Below, piece by piece: positions 11,424 through 21,263 of a stretch of 64,000 nucleotides of DNA. Where the stretch lies: positions 18,591 to 82,590 of the forward strand of contig CBDUYR010000005.1 in NCBI GenBank assembly GCA_965371515.1. Direction: 5' to 3'. The notes beneath the pieces were generated by a model, which had not been told where the DNA came from, ran no database searches, and saw nothing but the letters and a program-made list of their open reading frames with translations. This stretch comes from an uncultured bacterium. GTDB lineage: Bacteria > Krumholzibacteriota > Krumholzibacteriia > Krumholzibacteriales > Krumholzibacteriaceae. Each line of letters opens with the position of its first letter. Positions within the stretch are counted from its first letter, which is position 1. The translations under genes and the position numbers were made by a program.

Positions 11424-11452
11424 AATATAGCACAGGAAAATGTGGTCGTCAA
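11424..11452 (-). promoter_or_regulatory. Sigma70 promoter of sdhCDAB
   Basis: TTGACG-N17-TATATT with extended TG. Confidence 0.7.
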
Positions 11453-11531
11453 CGTTCGACGGAAATCAGTGTTATTTACTGCGACCATTCATCATGCCCC
11501 GGGGGTTCCGCCTATGGAAACCCCTGCCCCG

Positions 11532-13973
11532 TCAGGACTTACGGCCTCGCTCTCCCTTGCGCAGAAGCGTTCTGCGCAGTTTGTTCTCGAGCTCGGTCGG
11601 CAACGGTTTGCCCTCGGGCCTCTCGGCGTACCCGCCGCCGTCGTCCTCGAGCGGAGCCGGCTCGTACACCTCGAGCTCGAGGAGCAGGTGCAGGATGACG
11701 AGCGCTGCCTCCTTGTCGGGAATCATCCCCCGCCCGCCCGTGTCAGGATCAAGCTGGGTGAACGGCGGTATGGGTGAACCGACGCATGAGGGGCACCCCC
11801 TTCTGCACTCGCAGGACTGTATCAGCTCGAGCGACGCCTGCATGATCTCTTCGATTATGTCGTAGCACTTCAGCGCGAAACCGAGCCCGCCGGGGTACTT
11901 GTCATATATATAGAGAGCCGGTCCGCCGGTCGAACGCGAGTTCACCGTCGTTCCGATGTCGAGCGGGTCGGACATCACAAAGAGCGGCACGACCTCCCTG
12001 AGGATATTGGAGAGACCGAGCAATCCCTCGGCCGGCACCCTCCCCCACTTGCGTACTGCCGCGAGCGCATCGCCGGGGGGCTCTATCCACATGCCGGCGG
12101 TCTCGAGGACCTGCGGCGGCAGGTCGCATTTGCCGTAGCCGATCGAGTCGCGGCTGCCGAACTTTATCTTTTTGAACATGAAGGTCAGGTCGGTCACGGA
12201 GACATCACCGAAGGCGATCGGGCTTATCCTCCACAGGCCGCTCTTCTCTTCGCGGTCGACCTTGACCTGGGTCTCGGTGATCGACTGGGTGTAGTAATCG
12301 ACGTTCGTCTTTTCTATGAACGCGATTTTTTTCTCCGTATCGAGGTCGCGGACGAAATACGTCTCCGCCTCGTGGAGGTATATCGCCTGTTGATGTACCT
12401 GCTGGAAGGCGCTCGCCTCGTCGATCGTGCCGATGACCCTGTTTCCGTCCGACTCGTCGACGATCGTATAGATGTTCGGCGAGATGTTGCGAAGATTTAT
12501 ATCGGCGCTCGGGTAGCCGTGTCCCCGCCAGAACCAGCTCCCCTTGACGAAATTGAGATCCCTTTCCTCCTCTAGGAGCTGTGCGATCGCCGGGGCGTAC
12601 TCACCCATCTCTTCGACCTCCTTCGCCGCGAGCGGGAGTTCGAAGGCGGCGGCTCGCATCTGCCCGAGAAGGACGTGCGGATTCTCCGGGTCGATTATCG
12701 CGTTCTCGGGGGAGCGCCCGAAGAAATAGTCGGGGTTACGCGCGAGATACTGGTCGAGCGGGGTATTGTGCGGAATGAATATTATCAGCGAGTCCTCCAT
12801 GCCTCGGCCCGCCCTGCCGGCCTGCTGCCACGTCGATGCTATGCTCCCCGGGTACCCGACTATGACAGAGGCGTGCAGCGCGCCGACATCGATGCCGAGC
12901 TCGAGAGCGTTGGTGCTGATCACCGCCTTGAGCTCGCCCTCAAAGAGGCGCCGTTCTATCTCCCTTCGCTCCTCGGGGAGGTAGCCGCCGCGGTATGGAT
13001 GCACCGAGTCGGCCATCGAGGCGCGGTGCTTCGAGAGCATGTCGCGCACGTATCTCGTGATCACCTCGCTGACGACGCGCGCCCTGACGAAAGCGATCGT
13101 CTGGACGCCGTCGAGGACGAGCCGCGTAACGAGCTCGGCCGCCTCGGCATTCGAGCTCCTTCGCTCCATCCCCGCCGCATCGAGATTGGGTGGGTTCCAC
13201 ATAAGGAACGTCTTCCTCCCCCTCGGCGAGCCGTCCTTCGTGACGACCTTCATCTCCCGTCCGAGCAGGCGTCCGGCATGCTCGCCGGGATTCGCGATAG
13301 TGGCGGAGCTTGCCGCAAATACGGGCTTCGACCCATAGTGGTCGCAGATCCGCAAGAGTCGCCGCATCACGTTTGCAACGTGCGAGCCGAATGCGCCGCG
13401 GTAACTGTGTATCTCGTCGACCACGACGAAACGGAGCCTCGCAATAAACGGCGCCCACCTGGCGTGATTGGGGAGTATGCCCGAGTGGAGCATGTCGGGA
13501 TTGGTCAGCAGGACGTTCGCACCGTCGCGGAGTTTACGGCGAAGCGGACCGGGCGTGTCGCCGTCATACGTACCCGCCTCGAATCTGATCCCGTCGCCCT
13601 CCCTGTAGCGCTTCAGCACTCTGAGCTGGTCCTGCGCGAGAGCCTTCGTCGGATAGAGATAGAGCGCCCTGCTCTCGGGATCATCGAGAAGGGATTCGAG
13701 GACGGGGATGTTGTAGCAGAGGGTCTTCCCGCTCGCCGTTGAGGTTACTATAACCGTATCGGTCCCGCCGCGAAGGGCCTCGACCGCCTCCACCTGGTGT
13801 GTGTAGAGATGCTCCACCCCCGAGCCGGCGAGAATGGCGGCGAGACTTGCCGGGAGCGGTTCACCGAGCTCGCCGAATCGGGCTTTGCGCAGCGGTATCT
13901 TGTGGCTGTGAACGATCTGACCGTCGTACAGGTCGTCGACTGTCACCTTGCCGAGGAATCTTTTTACGTCCAA
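11532..13973 (-). CDS. DEAD/DEAH-box helicase with C-terminal DUF1998 (MrfA/YprA/Hrq1 family)
   Basis: LYTHQ, TSTASGKT, PTKALAQDQ, DEIH, SATI, QQAGRAGR and C-terminal CECRRGCPSC. Confidence 0.9.
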   Translation of the reverse strand: MDVKRFLGKVTVDDLYDGQIVHSHKIPLRKARFGELGEPLPASLAAILAGSGVEHLYTHQVEAVEALRGGTDTVIVTSTASGKTLCYNIPVLESLLDDPESRALYLYPTKALAQDQLRVLKRYREGDGIRFEAGTYDGDTPGPLRRKLRDGANVLLTNPDMLHSGILPNHARWAPFIARLRFVVVDEIHSYRGAFGSHVANVMRRLLRICDHYGSKPVFAASSATIANPGEHAGRLLGREMKVVTKDGSPRGRKTFLMWNPPNLDAAGMERRSSNAEAAELVTRLVLDGVQTIAFVRARVVSEVITRYVRDMLSKHRASMADSVHPYRGGYLPEERREIERRLFEGELKAVISTNALELGIDVGALHASVIVGYPGSIASTWQQAGRAGRGMEDSLIIFIPHNTPLDQYLARNPDYFFGRSPENAIIDPENPHVLLGQMRAAAFELPLAAKEVEEMGEYAPAIAQLLEEERDLNFVKGSWFWRGHGYPSADINLRNISPNIYTIVDESDGNRVIGTIDEASAFQQVHQQAIYLHEAETYFVRDLDTEKKIAFIEKTNVDYYTQSITETQVKVDREEKSGLWRISPIAFGDVSVTDLTFMFKKIKFGSRDSIGYGKCDLPPQVLETAGMWIEPPGDALAAVRKWGRVPAEGLLGLSNILREVVPLFVMSDPLDIGTTVNSRSTGGPALYIYDKYPGGLGFALKCYDIIEEIMQASLELIQSCECRRGCPSCVGSPIPPFTQLDPDTGGRGMIPDKEAALVILHLLLELEVYEPAPLEDDGGGYAERPEGKPLPTELENKLRRTLLRKGERGRKS

Positions 13974-14061
13974 GGCGTTCCTTTCCTCTGCCCCGCCCAT
14001 CACCGGTCCCTGCACACACGGTGAAGATTGCCGTGCGGTTGAATCAGGGGCCGGAAAAATC

Positions 14062-14090
14062 ATAATACTTCTGCTCAGGGGTTGATGCAA
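14062..14090 (-). promoter_or_regulatory. Candidate sigma70 promoter for the helicase
   Basis: TTGCAT-N17-TATTAT. Confidence 0.55.
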
Positions 14091-14152
14091 TAATTAGTAA
14101 CAATGTTGCCGGCCACCGAGGCTGTTGCATGCGTGGAGCTGTTCCGGCCCTA

Positions 14153-15112
14153 TTAAATATTCGTCAAATATACAGTGATCAATTCGAGCATCGAGAGCAG
14201 GTCGAGACGGTTGTGATGGATCACGGCGGCCATCTGCCGCGCGTCCTTCGTGCGGACGAACTCGTGATAGGCGCCGGGTATCTCGCTCCCGGGGATGTCG
14301 CCGGTCCTCTTCCTGCCGAGTACGAACCGTTCGAGTGTCTGGAGCCTGTGGTTCGGGGTCCGTCCCTTCATCAGGGACCTCGATATCGGCAGCAGGTCGA
14401 TGTGTGACCGGGGCATACTCATCGGCAGACCATGAAACGTCATCCTGCTCGCGAGAAACGGGATGTCGAAGGTGTTCCCGTTGAAAGTGACCAGCACCTC
14501 GCGGGAATCGAGCATCGAGTAGACGAAAGACAGGACGGCACGTTCCTCGGTGTAGTCCCTCGCGAAGAGCTGGTCTACGATGAGATCTTCGCCCTCGCTG
14601 TACATCAGCCCCACGAGAAAGAGGGGGGTGTTGCGCAGGCCTGTCGTCTCGAGATCGAGATAGACGACTCCCGCCGGCGATGAGGTCAGTGCCTGCAGTG
14701 AGCGGCATCCGGCGGGTAGTTTCGCCGGTGACGAAGCGATGGCGTTGATGTACTCCTGGTGCGTTGCCGCCCCTCTTTCCCAGATCTCTCCGGCCGGTTT
14801 GCACACCCTGTAAAACCATCCCGCCGGTGTCTCGACAGGTTCGCCGGGGATGAGGTCCTCGATCCGGCCGGGGGTCGGCACCGTGAAGAGCTGCTCGTCG
14901 GTCACGGGGATATCGGCAAAAACAGGCACCTCCGGCCTCGGCGCGCCTTCCCCCGCAGGCGGTCTCTCGCCGGCAGGCGGCGCCTCGGGAACAGGAGGAA
15001 CCTGCGCCACAGGAGGCGTCCCGGTCTCTTTACGGCCCCCGAAAACCCCTCTGGCGCGCTTTTTGAGCCGTTCCAGCTCGTTTCTCAAATCGTGTCCGCT
15101 GTCTTCCGTCAC
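14153..15112 (-). CDS. RNase H-like (DEDD) exonuclease, MrfB/YprB family
   Basis: YLDLETTGL, TFNGNTFDIPFL, HIDLL and HNRLDL; adjacent to the MrfA-like helicase. Start uncertain. Confidence 0.88.
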   Translation of the reverse strand: MTEDSGHDLRNELERLKKRARGVFGGRKETGTPPVAQVPPVPEAPPAGERPPAGEGAPRPEVPVFADIPVTDEQLFTVPTPGRIEDLIPGEPVETPAGWFYRVCKPAGEIWERGAATHQEYINAIASSPAKLPAGCRSLQALTSSPAGVVYLDLETTGLRNTPLFLVGLMYSEGEDLIVDQLFARDYTEERAVLSFVYSMLDSREVLVTFNGNTFDIPFLASRMTFHGLPMSMPRSHIDLLPISRSLMKGRTPNHRLQTLERFVLGRKRTGDIPGSEIPGAYHEFVRTKDARQMAAVIHHNRLDLLSMLELITVYLTNI

Positions 15113-15271
15113 AGTTATCGAGCCCTCTCTGTATGTCCTGTCATCCCCGGACATGATAAAGCCTGCCGCTGAAGCGTTCAAGCGGTCCGTATCTTGCAAT
15201 CTACCGGATAATATGTACTTTTACTTGACGACCCCCGGGGTATGTGGATATTTTACTCCGAACAGACGGAA

Positions 15272-16642
15272 ATGATGATGAACAGAGAAAAGAAAATAAC
15301 GATATTCGTGATCATCGCGGCGATAATCTCCGCGGTCCTCATAACGTCTTTGAACAGGGAGGCGCCGAATGAGGAGCCGGAGATCTCCTCCGCGTCCATG
15401 CTCGCCGAGGCTGCATCCGGCCTATCGGAACCCGTGCCCCCATCTCCCCCCGAACCGGAGTACAGCGGTGAGATCAGGAAAAACTCGAGCTTCTTCGATA
15501 TAATGACCGCCTGCGGCGCCACGCCACAGCAGATCTACGACATCGCCGGCAAGGTCAAACCGGTATACAATCTCAGCAGGATCCGGCCGGGACAGAAATA
15601 CGAAATATTCACCGGCGACGACGGATCGATAGAGAAGATCCTTCTCTCCATCGACGAAACGGGCTACGTCGAGATAGCCTGCTCCCCCGAAGGTATCGAG
15701 GCCGAACGCAGGGAATACCCCTACGAAATCACGGTAAAGGAAGCCTCGGGGATAATCACCCAGTCGCTCTTCATGTCCTTCATGGACCAGGGCCTGCCGA
15801 TCGAGCTCGGCGCGAAGCTCGTTGATATCTACGCATGGGACATAGATTTCTTCACCGAGATCAGGAAGAACGATTTTTTCCGAGTGATCTACGAGGAACG
15901 CAGGATGCTCGACGGCCCCGACCACGAGGAAAAGACGGGGGTCGGTATTATAATCGCCGCCGAGTTCAACACGAGTGGTACCAGCCGCTACTGTTTCCTC
16001 TTCGATAACAAGACGGATTTCGCCGATTACTTCGACGACGAGGGCAAATCGCTGCGCAAGCAGCTCCTCAGGGCGCCCCTGTCGTACACCCGGATCAGCT
16101 CGGGATACAGCAAGAGGCGTTTCCATCCCGTGCTTCACACCTACGCCCCTCATCTCGGCATCGACTACGCCGCGCCTACAGGTACGCCTGTCCAGTCGAC
16201 CGGCGACGGGACGGTGATGACAGCCTCGAGGACGAGAGCCAACGGGAATTACGTCAAGATAAGGCACAACAACAGCTACATCAGCTACTATCTCCATCTG
16301 AGCCGCTTCGGCAAGGGAATAAAGCAGGGCACGAAGGTCAAGCAGGGTCAGACGATCGGCTACGTGGGAGCGACCGGCTACGCTACCGGGCCCCATCTCG
16401 ATTACCGCGTCAAGAAGAACGGCAGGTTCGTCAATCCCCGCAGGCTGAAGCTACCTCCGGCAAAGCCCGTAAGCGATGAGAACATGGCCGTCTTCACGGC
16501 GAAGCGCGATTCGCTCATCGCCGTGCTGAGATCGGTGCCGGTCCGCGACCCTCACGGTGAATACTTCGCCGAGGGCGGCGGGCTCGCATCCGAGGCTCCC
16601 GGGAGGCCGGGCGGAAGCGGCGGATCCCCACTTCCCCACTGA
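15272..16642 (+). CDS. M23 family peptidoglycan DD-endopeptidase (MepM-like)
   Basis: N-terminal TM; HLGIDYAA, YLHLS and ATGPHLDY. Confidence 0.92.
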   Translation: MMMNREKKITIFVIIAAIISAVLITSLNREAPNEEPEISSASMLAEAASGLSEPVPPSPPEPEYSGEIRKNSSFFDIMTACGATPQQIYDIAGKVKPVYNLSRIRPGQKYEIFTGDDGSIEKILLSIDETGYVEIACSPEGIEAERREYPYEITVKEASGIITQSLFMSFMDQGLPIELGAKLVDIYAWDIDFFTEIRKNDFFRVIYEERRMLDGPDHEEKTGVGIIIAAEFNTSGTSRYCFLFDNKTDFADYFDDEGKSLRKQLLRAPLSYTRISSGYSKRRFHPVLHTYAPHLGIDYAAPTGTPVQSTGDGTVMTASRTRANGNYVKIRHNNSYISYYLHLSRFGKGIKQGTKVKQGQTIGYVGATGYATGPHLDYRVKKNGRFVNPRRLKLPPAKPVSDENMAVFTAKRDSLIAVLRSVPVRDPHGEYFAEGGGLASEAPGRPGGSGGSPLPH

Positions 16643-16645
16643 GCG

Positions 16646-17224
16646 ATGGACTCCACCAGACGCATTCTCGTCCACACATGCTGCGCATCGTGCTCGAGTT
16701 ATGTCCTCGAATACCTGCTGCAGGAATACGACGTCACCGCTTATTACTACAATCCGAACATACAGCCTGCGGCCGAATACCGGCTGAGACTCGACGAGAT
16801 GAGAACGGTCTGCGGGCGCCTGGGAATCGCGCTGGTCGAAGGGCCGGGAAATTTCGAGGAGTGGGACGCGGCGATCGCCCCCTACGCCCACCTTCCCGAA
16901 AAGAGCGAGAGGTGCCGGGTCTGTTACCGACTGAGGCTCGAGGAAACGGCGAGAAAGGCTGCCGAAGCGGGAATCGGACTCTTCACGACGACCCTGTCGG
17001 TCAGCCCCCACAAGATCCACGCCTGGATCGTCGAGGAGGGCCGGGCTTCCGGAGAGAAGCACGGCGTCATCTTCCTCGAGGAGGACTTCAAGAAAAAGGG
17101 CGGATTCCAGGAGAGCTGCAGGAAGAGCCGCGAGTTCGGCCTCACGAGGCAGGATTACTGCGGGTGCCTGTTCAGTCTGGAGGAAGCGAAGCTGAGGCGG
17201 AAAGAGTCGGATTCAGCGCGTTGA
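16646..17224 (+). CDS. queH: Epoxyqueuosine reductase QueH (DUF208)
   Basis: HTCCASC, YNPNIQP..EY, RC..CY..RL, FTTTL.VSPHK, RQDYCGC.FS. Confidence 0.9.
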   Translation: MDSTRRILVHTCCASCSSYVLEYLLQEYDVTAYYYNPNIQPAAEYRLRLDEMRTVCGRLGIALVEGPGNFEEWDAAIAPYAHLPEKSERCRVCYRLRLEETARKAAEAGIGLFTTTLSVSPHKIHAWIVEEGRASGEKHGVIFLEEDFKKKGGFQESCRKSREFGLTRQDYCGCLFSLEEAKLRRKESDSAR

Positions 17225-17230
17225 TCGGGC

Positions 17231-18277
17231 TTAAACCCGGATCAGGATCTGCTTCCCGGCCTGCGGAAGCGCCTCTCCTATTACGGCGGCATACCCGGCG
17301 CCGGAATTCCTGATACTGTCTACGAGACCCTGCGCCTTCTCTGCGGGCAGGGATATCAGCAGGCCGCCTGAGGTCTGCGGGTCGTGCAGGAGCATCATCT
17401 GTTCTCTCGTCAGGCTGCCCTCGACCTCCAGTGCAATGCTCGTGAACTGCACATTAGACATTCCGCCGCCGGTGAGAAGGCCCTGCGAGGCGAAATCGGC
17501 CGCATCGGGAAGAAGGGGAACGGCCTCCATATCGATCGCGATCGTCACGTCTGACCCCGTGGCCATCTCGAGGGCGTGGCCGGCCAGCCCGAATCCGGTT
17601 ACGTCCGTGCAGGCGTGAGCACCCGCTGCGACCATCGCCCTGGCCGCCGGTGCATTGAGCGCGGTCATCTGATCGATAAAGAGTCTCTCCTGCTCCTCGT
17701 CGAGGACCCCCTTCTTCATCGCCGTCGAGTAGATGCCCGTACCGAGCGGTTTCGTCAGGATGATCGCGTCGCCAGGCCTGGCGCCCGCTGTGAGCACGAC
17801 GTTGTCGGGATGGATCGTCCCCATGATCGAAAGGCCGTACTTCAACTCGGAATCCGTCATCGTATGGCCGCCGACGATGACAGCGCCCGCCTCGTTGACC
17901 TTGTCGGCGCCGCCCCGCATCAGGAGCTCGAGCGCCTCGATCTCGAGCTTTCCCTCGGGAAAGCCGATGATGTTGAGCGCCGATACCGGCTCCCCACCCA
18001 TCGCGTAGACATCGCTCATCGCGTTCGCGGCGGCGACCTGCCCGAACATGTAAGGATCGTCCACTATTGCGGGGAAGAAATCGACTGTGAGGATGATCGC
18101 CCTGTCGTCGCTCACGCGCACTACACCGCAGTCATCCGCCTGGCTCGTTCCGACGATCACGTCCGGATGGTCCTGGGGAGGGAGTTTATGTAAAACTGGC
18201 CACAACTCCGTCGGGCTGAGCTTGGAAGCTCAGCCCGAACACGAAGCCATGGCCGTCAAACGGTACTTCTTTGACAT
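17231..18277 (-). CDS. selD: Selenide, water dikinase, selenocysteine-containing (UGA at 18230-18232, codon 16)
   Basis: Extending the 324-aa ORF through an in-frame TGA gives MSKKYRLTAMASCSG-U-ASKLSP, the SelD GC/U-x-x-K catalytic motif. Body has DDCGV, TVDFF, ANAMSDVYAMGG, GGHT, TDVTGFGL and DPQTSGGLL. 348 aa. Confidence 0.93.
18199..18216 (-). promoter_or_regulatory. Candidate bacterial SECIS element of selD
   Basis: GCCCGAC-GGA-GUUG(U)GGC stem-loop; G-first apical loop 20 nt after the UGA (folded by hand). Confidence 0.5.
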
Positions 18278-18310
18278 ATTCCACCCTTTTCAGGTGACAG
18301 GCCAGGAAGA

Positions 18311-18484
18311 TCATTCTACCGGCGCGATTGCCTCCGTGGGGCATACTTCGACGCAGGCGCCACAGTCGGTGCAGGTGTCAGCATCGATCTTGTACTTATC
18401 GTCGCCCTCGCTGATCGCCTCTACCGGACACTCCGGCACGCAGGCGCCGCAGCTGATGCACTCGTCACTGATAACGTGAGCCAT
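18311..18484 (-). CDS. 2[4Fe-4S] ferredoxin
   Basis: CISCGACVPECP and CTDCGACVEVCP; GGAGG RBS. Confidence 0.95.
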   Translation of the reverse strand: MAHVISDECISCGACVPECPVEAISEGDDKYKIDADTCTDCGACVEVCPTEAIAPVE

Positions 18485-18561
18485 TTCTTCCTCCAATGAG
18501 GTGGTTCAATTCCTAAAAACCGTTTCTATTAAATATATAATTCCTCGAATCCGGTCAATAA

Positions 18562-21204
18562 TTATCGTCGCATCATCCCGGGCGGCATCGATTTTTTTTC
18601 AGGAGGTTCCCCTGAGGGCAGCAGGCGCACGAAGAGGGTTTTTCCCCAGATAAGGCGGCCGGCCATCTCCCGGACGGCTTCGAATGGAGCCGCCGCGATG
18701 AGCTCCATACCGTCTGTTCCGCCCCTGTAGAGGTGGTTCAGGCTTATCCCGAGCGCCTCGCCGGCGCATGAGAGCTCCCTTCTCGAGAGCCTCGACACGA
18801 GGCGGCTCTTCGCCGTGGCCGCCTCCGCCGCCGTCACAGGATCGGTTGAGATCCCTTCTATGTTCTCCCTCAGGGCCTTTTCAGCCTTGTCTGCGTTTTC
18901 TCCCCTGGTGCCCAGTCTCGCCGCAATTACTGCATATCCAGCAACCTGCGTCATCGAGCAACCGGTCGAATAGGCCAGCCCTCTCGTCTCCCTGATATCG
19001 AGCTGCATCCGCCTGCTGAGGATCTCGCAGGAGACAGCCAGCGCTGCTATTTCCTCCGGGGAGAGACCGTCGACCCTCCAGGCAGCCGCCAGGTAGGCGC
19101 CGCTGCCTGGGGATTCGCCTTCGACCGTACCGGGCTCGTATTTGTCGGCACCCTTTTGGCAGGGTATCCTGTTCGAGACAGGGGCATCGCCGAAGATATC
19201 ACGTAGAAGGTCCATCCCTTCGGCCTCCTCCGATGCAGTGACAAGCGTCACCACACCACCCTTGTACTGGAAGATATTGCGTCGCGTAACGAATATGTCG
19301 GCCGAATCGGGAGCCGCCCACCTCCCGGGAGACCTGTAAAGGGCTTCTCCGAACCTGTGGCCCGGGAAGAGACCGCCGTATACGGTCTTTTTCAGCGTCG
19401 CGGATGAGTGCCCGGTCCGGATCCCGACTTCTCTCGCTACAAAGGACGCAGCCTCGCCTATATCGGCCTGGGTCATTTCCATCTCTGAAAGGAAGCGCTG
19501 CAGCATCCCGGCCGCTTCCCTCATCCTCCCGGCAGGCGTTTCCAGCCTGATTAACGCCCAGGATGGATTTATCAGGTAATCGTCCATCGGTATGTACGGG
19601 TTGTCTCCCCACTGGATCCTCGCTCCCAGGGCTGCCAGGTCCTCTTCCAGCCTCTGTCCTCCCGCCGAGTTCTCGAGGATGATGAAAAGTGCCGAGACGG
19701 CGTCGCTCTCCATCTCTCCCGCGCACGCCCTCCCCGGCAGGGTCAGGCATAGCGCCTCGACCGGAGAGCCCTTCCGGTACCTTACGCCTGCGGCCAGCCC
19801 TCCTGGAAGGATCTCGAAGACCGCCTCTCCCCGTTCGATCCTGACATCAGGCGCCCGGTCGATCGCCGAGAAGCCGTTGAATTCCGGCTCGCCGAGATAT
19901 CCGCCGACGAGTTTCGCGATCTGTCCCTGCTTTACCTTTTCAACTGCCGATACCGCCTCGAACCAACCCGCCCCGGTGACCGCCATCGCCTCCCCGTTGA
20001 GCATCACGTAGAAATGGTACCTCTCCCTGTCGAACATATCCGAGGATGCAAACGACGTCTTCGCCCTTTCGAGCTCCTTTTCATCGGGCTGCCACTCCGC
20101 CAGGCCCTTGACCGCTTCGAGGAGGATGCCGGGATCGACAGGATCGCTGCCCTGTCCCTCGACGCTGACGCGCAGCGCGGCGAAATCCTCGTGCACTTCT
20201 ATCCCGACGAACGGCTCCGGCATGCCGGCCTGATCCGCCGCCGCCTTCAGCGGGGACGACGGCGCCCCGAGCATCTCGGCGAGCAGCAGCGCCGCGGGAA
20301 AGAGCTTCTCACCCGCTGCAGGCATACGGACAAGGAGATCGACCCTGCTCCCGGCGCCTTCCACGACGCGGGCCGTGATCTCCCCGCTCCATCTCGGCTC
20401 GAGCACCGGTTTTTCCGTACCCCTTCCCTTCCCGCCGTTTTTTGCGCTCCCGCCGCCCGTGCTGCAGGCAGCATTGAAATAATCGTCTATCCAGCCGAGC
20501 GTCCTGCTGCGCTCGAAATCTCCCGTCACGAATATCCTCATCCTGTCAGGCGTATAGCGGGACCTGTAGTATTCGATGATCCTGTCCCTCGACACGCTTT
20601 CGATCGTCGACTGATAGCCTATGACCGGCTCGCTGAGGGACGAGCCCCTGTAGAGGTAAGAATCGGCCGCCCTCGAGACGGCTTCACGAGGATTGTCGAA
20701 CCCCTGGCTCATCTCCTCGAGCACGATCTTCCGTTCCTTCTCGATCTCGGCCGGCGTAAACAGCGGGTGAAGGAGCATCTGGGACAGTATCTCTATCGAT
20801 TCCTCGAGCAGGTCGGAGCGGGCGAGAAGAAAATATACCGTCACTTCCTTCCTCGTGAATGCGTTGAGAAACGCGCCGTTGTCATCGACCCAACCGCTTA
20901 TCTCCTCGCGGGTGAACCTCTCCGAACCGTCGAACAGCAGATGCTCCAGGAAGTGCGTGACGCCGCGCGTATCGGGGGTCTCGTAGGCCGATCCAGCCCT
21001 TACGGCCACTGCTACGAGGACAGAGCCCGAACCGGGGTAGCCTTCGAGTACGATCTCGAGTCCACCGGGGCGGATAACCGTCTCCGGAGAATTACCGGAA
21101 TTACTCGAAGCCGAGCCGTATGCGGCTGTCGCTGCAGCAATGACAATTAACAGGATAATTCCGGCGGTGCTGTATCGGACCGCCGTTTTCATCAGTCGGA
21201 TCAT
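18562..21204 (-). CDS. Exported M16 (pitrilysin-like) zinc peptidase
   Basis: Signal peptide; HFLEHLLF, NAFT, E.ERKIVLEE; second half with IRETRGLAY. Confidence 0.88.
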   Translation of the reverse strand: MIRLMKTAVRYSTAGIILLIVIAAATAAYGSASSNSGNSPETVIRPGGLEIVLEGYPGSGSVLVAVAVRAGSAYETPDTRGVTHFLEHLLFDGSERFTREEISGWVDDNGAFLNAFTRKEVTVYFLLARSDLLEESIEILSQMLLHPLFTPAEIEKERKIVLEEMSQGFDNPREAVSRAADSYLYRGSSLSEPVIGYQSTIESVSRDRIIEYYRSRYTPDRMRIFVTGDFERSRTLGWIDDYFNAACSTGGGSAKNGGKGRGTEKPVLEPRWSGEITARVVEGAGSRVDLLVRMPAAGEKLFPAALLLAEMLGAPSSPLKAAADQAGMPEPFVGIEVHEDFAALRVSVEGQGSDPVDPGILLEAVKGLAEWQPDEKELERAKTSFASSDMFDRERYHFYVMLNGEAMAVTGAGWFEAVSAVEKVKQGQIAKLVGGYLGEPEFNGFSAIDRAPDVRIERGEAVFEILPGGLAAGVRYRKGSPVEALCLTLPGRACAGEMESDAVSALFIILENSAGGQRLEEDLAALGARIQWGDNPYIPMDDYLINPSWALIRLETPAGRMREAAGMLQRFLSEMEMTQADIGEAASFVAREVGIRTGHSSATLKKTVYGGLFPGHRFGEALYRSPGRWAAPDSADIFVTRRNIFQYKGGVVTLVTASEEAEGMDLLRDIFGDAPVSNRIPCQKGADKYEPGTVEGESPGSGAYLAAAWRVDGLSPEEIAALAVSCEILSRRMQLDIRETRGLAYSTGCSMTQVAGYAVIAARLGTRGENADKAEKALRENIEGISTDPVTAAEAATAKSRLVSRLSRRELSCAGEALGISLNHLYRGGTDGMELIAAAPFEAVREMAGRLIWGKTLFVRLLPSGEPPEKKSMPPGMMRR

Positions 21205-21263
21205 CAGGCCATACCTCCTGGAGATCTGTGTGTGTTTCCTGGCAATCTTCGAAAACAATGATA

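Noticed and set aside
11532..13973. DUF1998 helicase as a DISARM/Druantia-type defence gene
   Set aside because: No methylase or other defence genes; the neighbour is a YprB-like nuclease in housekeeping context.
15422..16396. Long antisense or alternative-frame ORFs (also 23175-24503, 31329-32540, 51448-52869, 55361-56479, 61628-62833)
   Set aside because: They are shadows of well-supported genes in GC-rich DNA, with no recognisable motifs.
17231..18277. selD and the cytochrome gene (34666-36054) as nonsense pseudogenes or evidence for UGA=Trp/Gly
   Set aside because: Both UGAs fall at Cys-type motif positions with SECIS-like stems, and many other genes here end normally at TGA.
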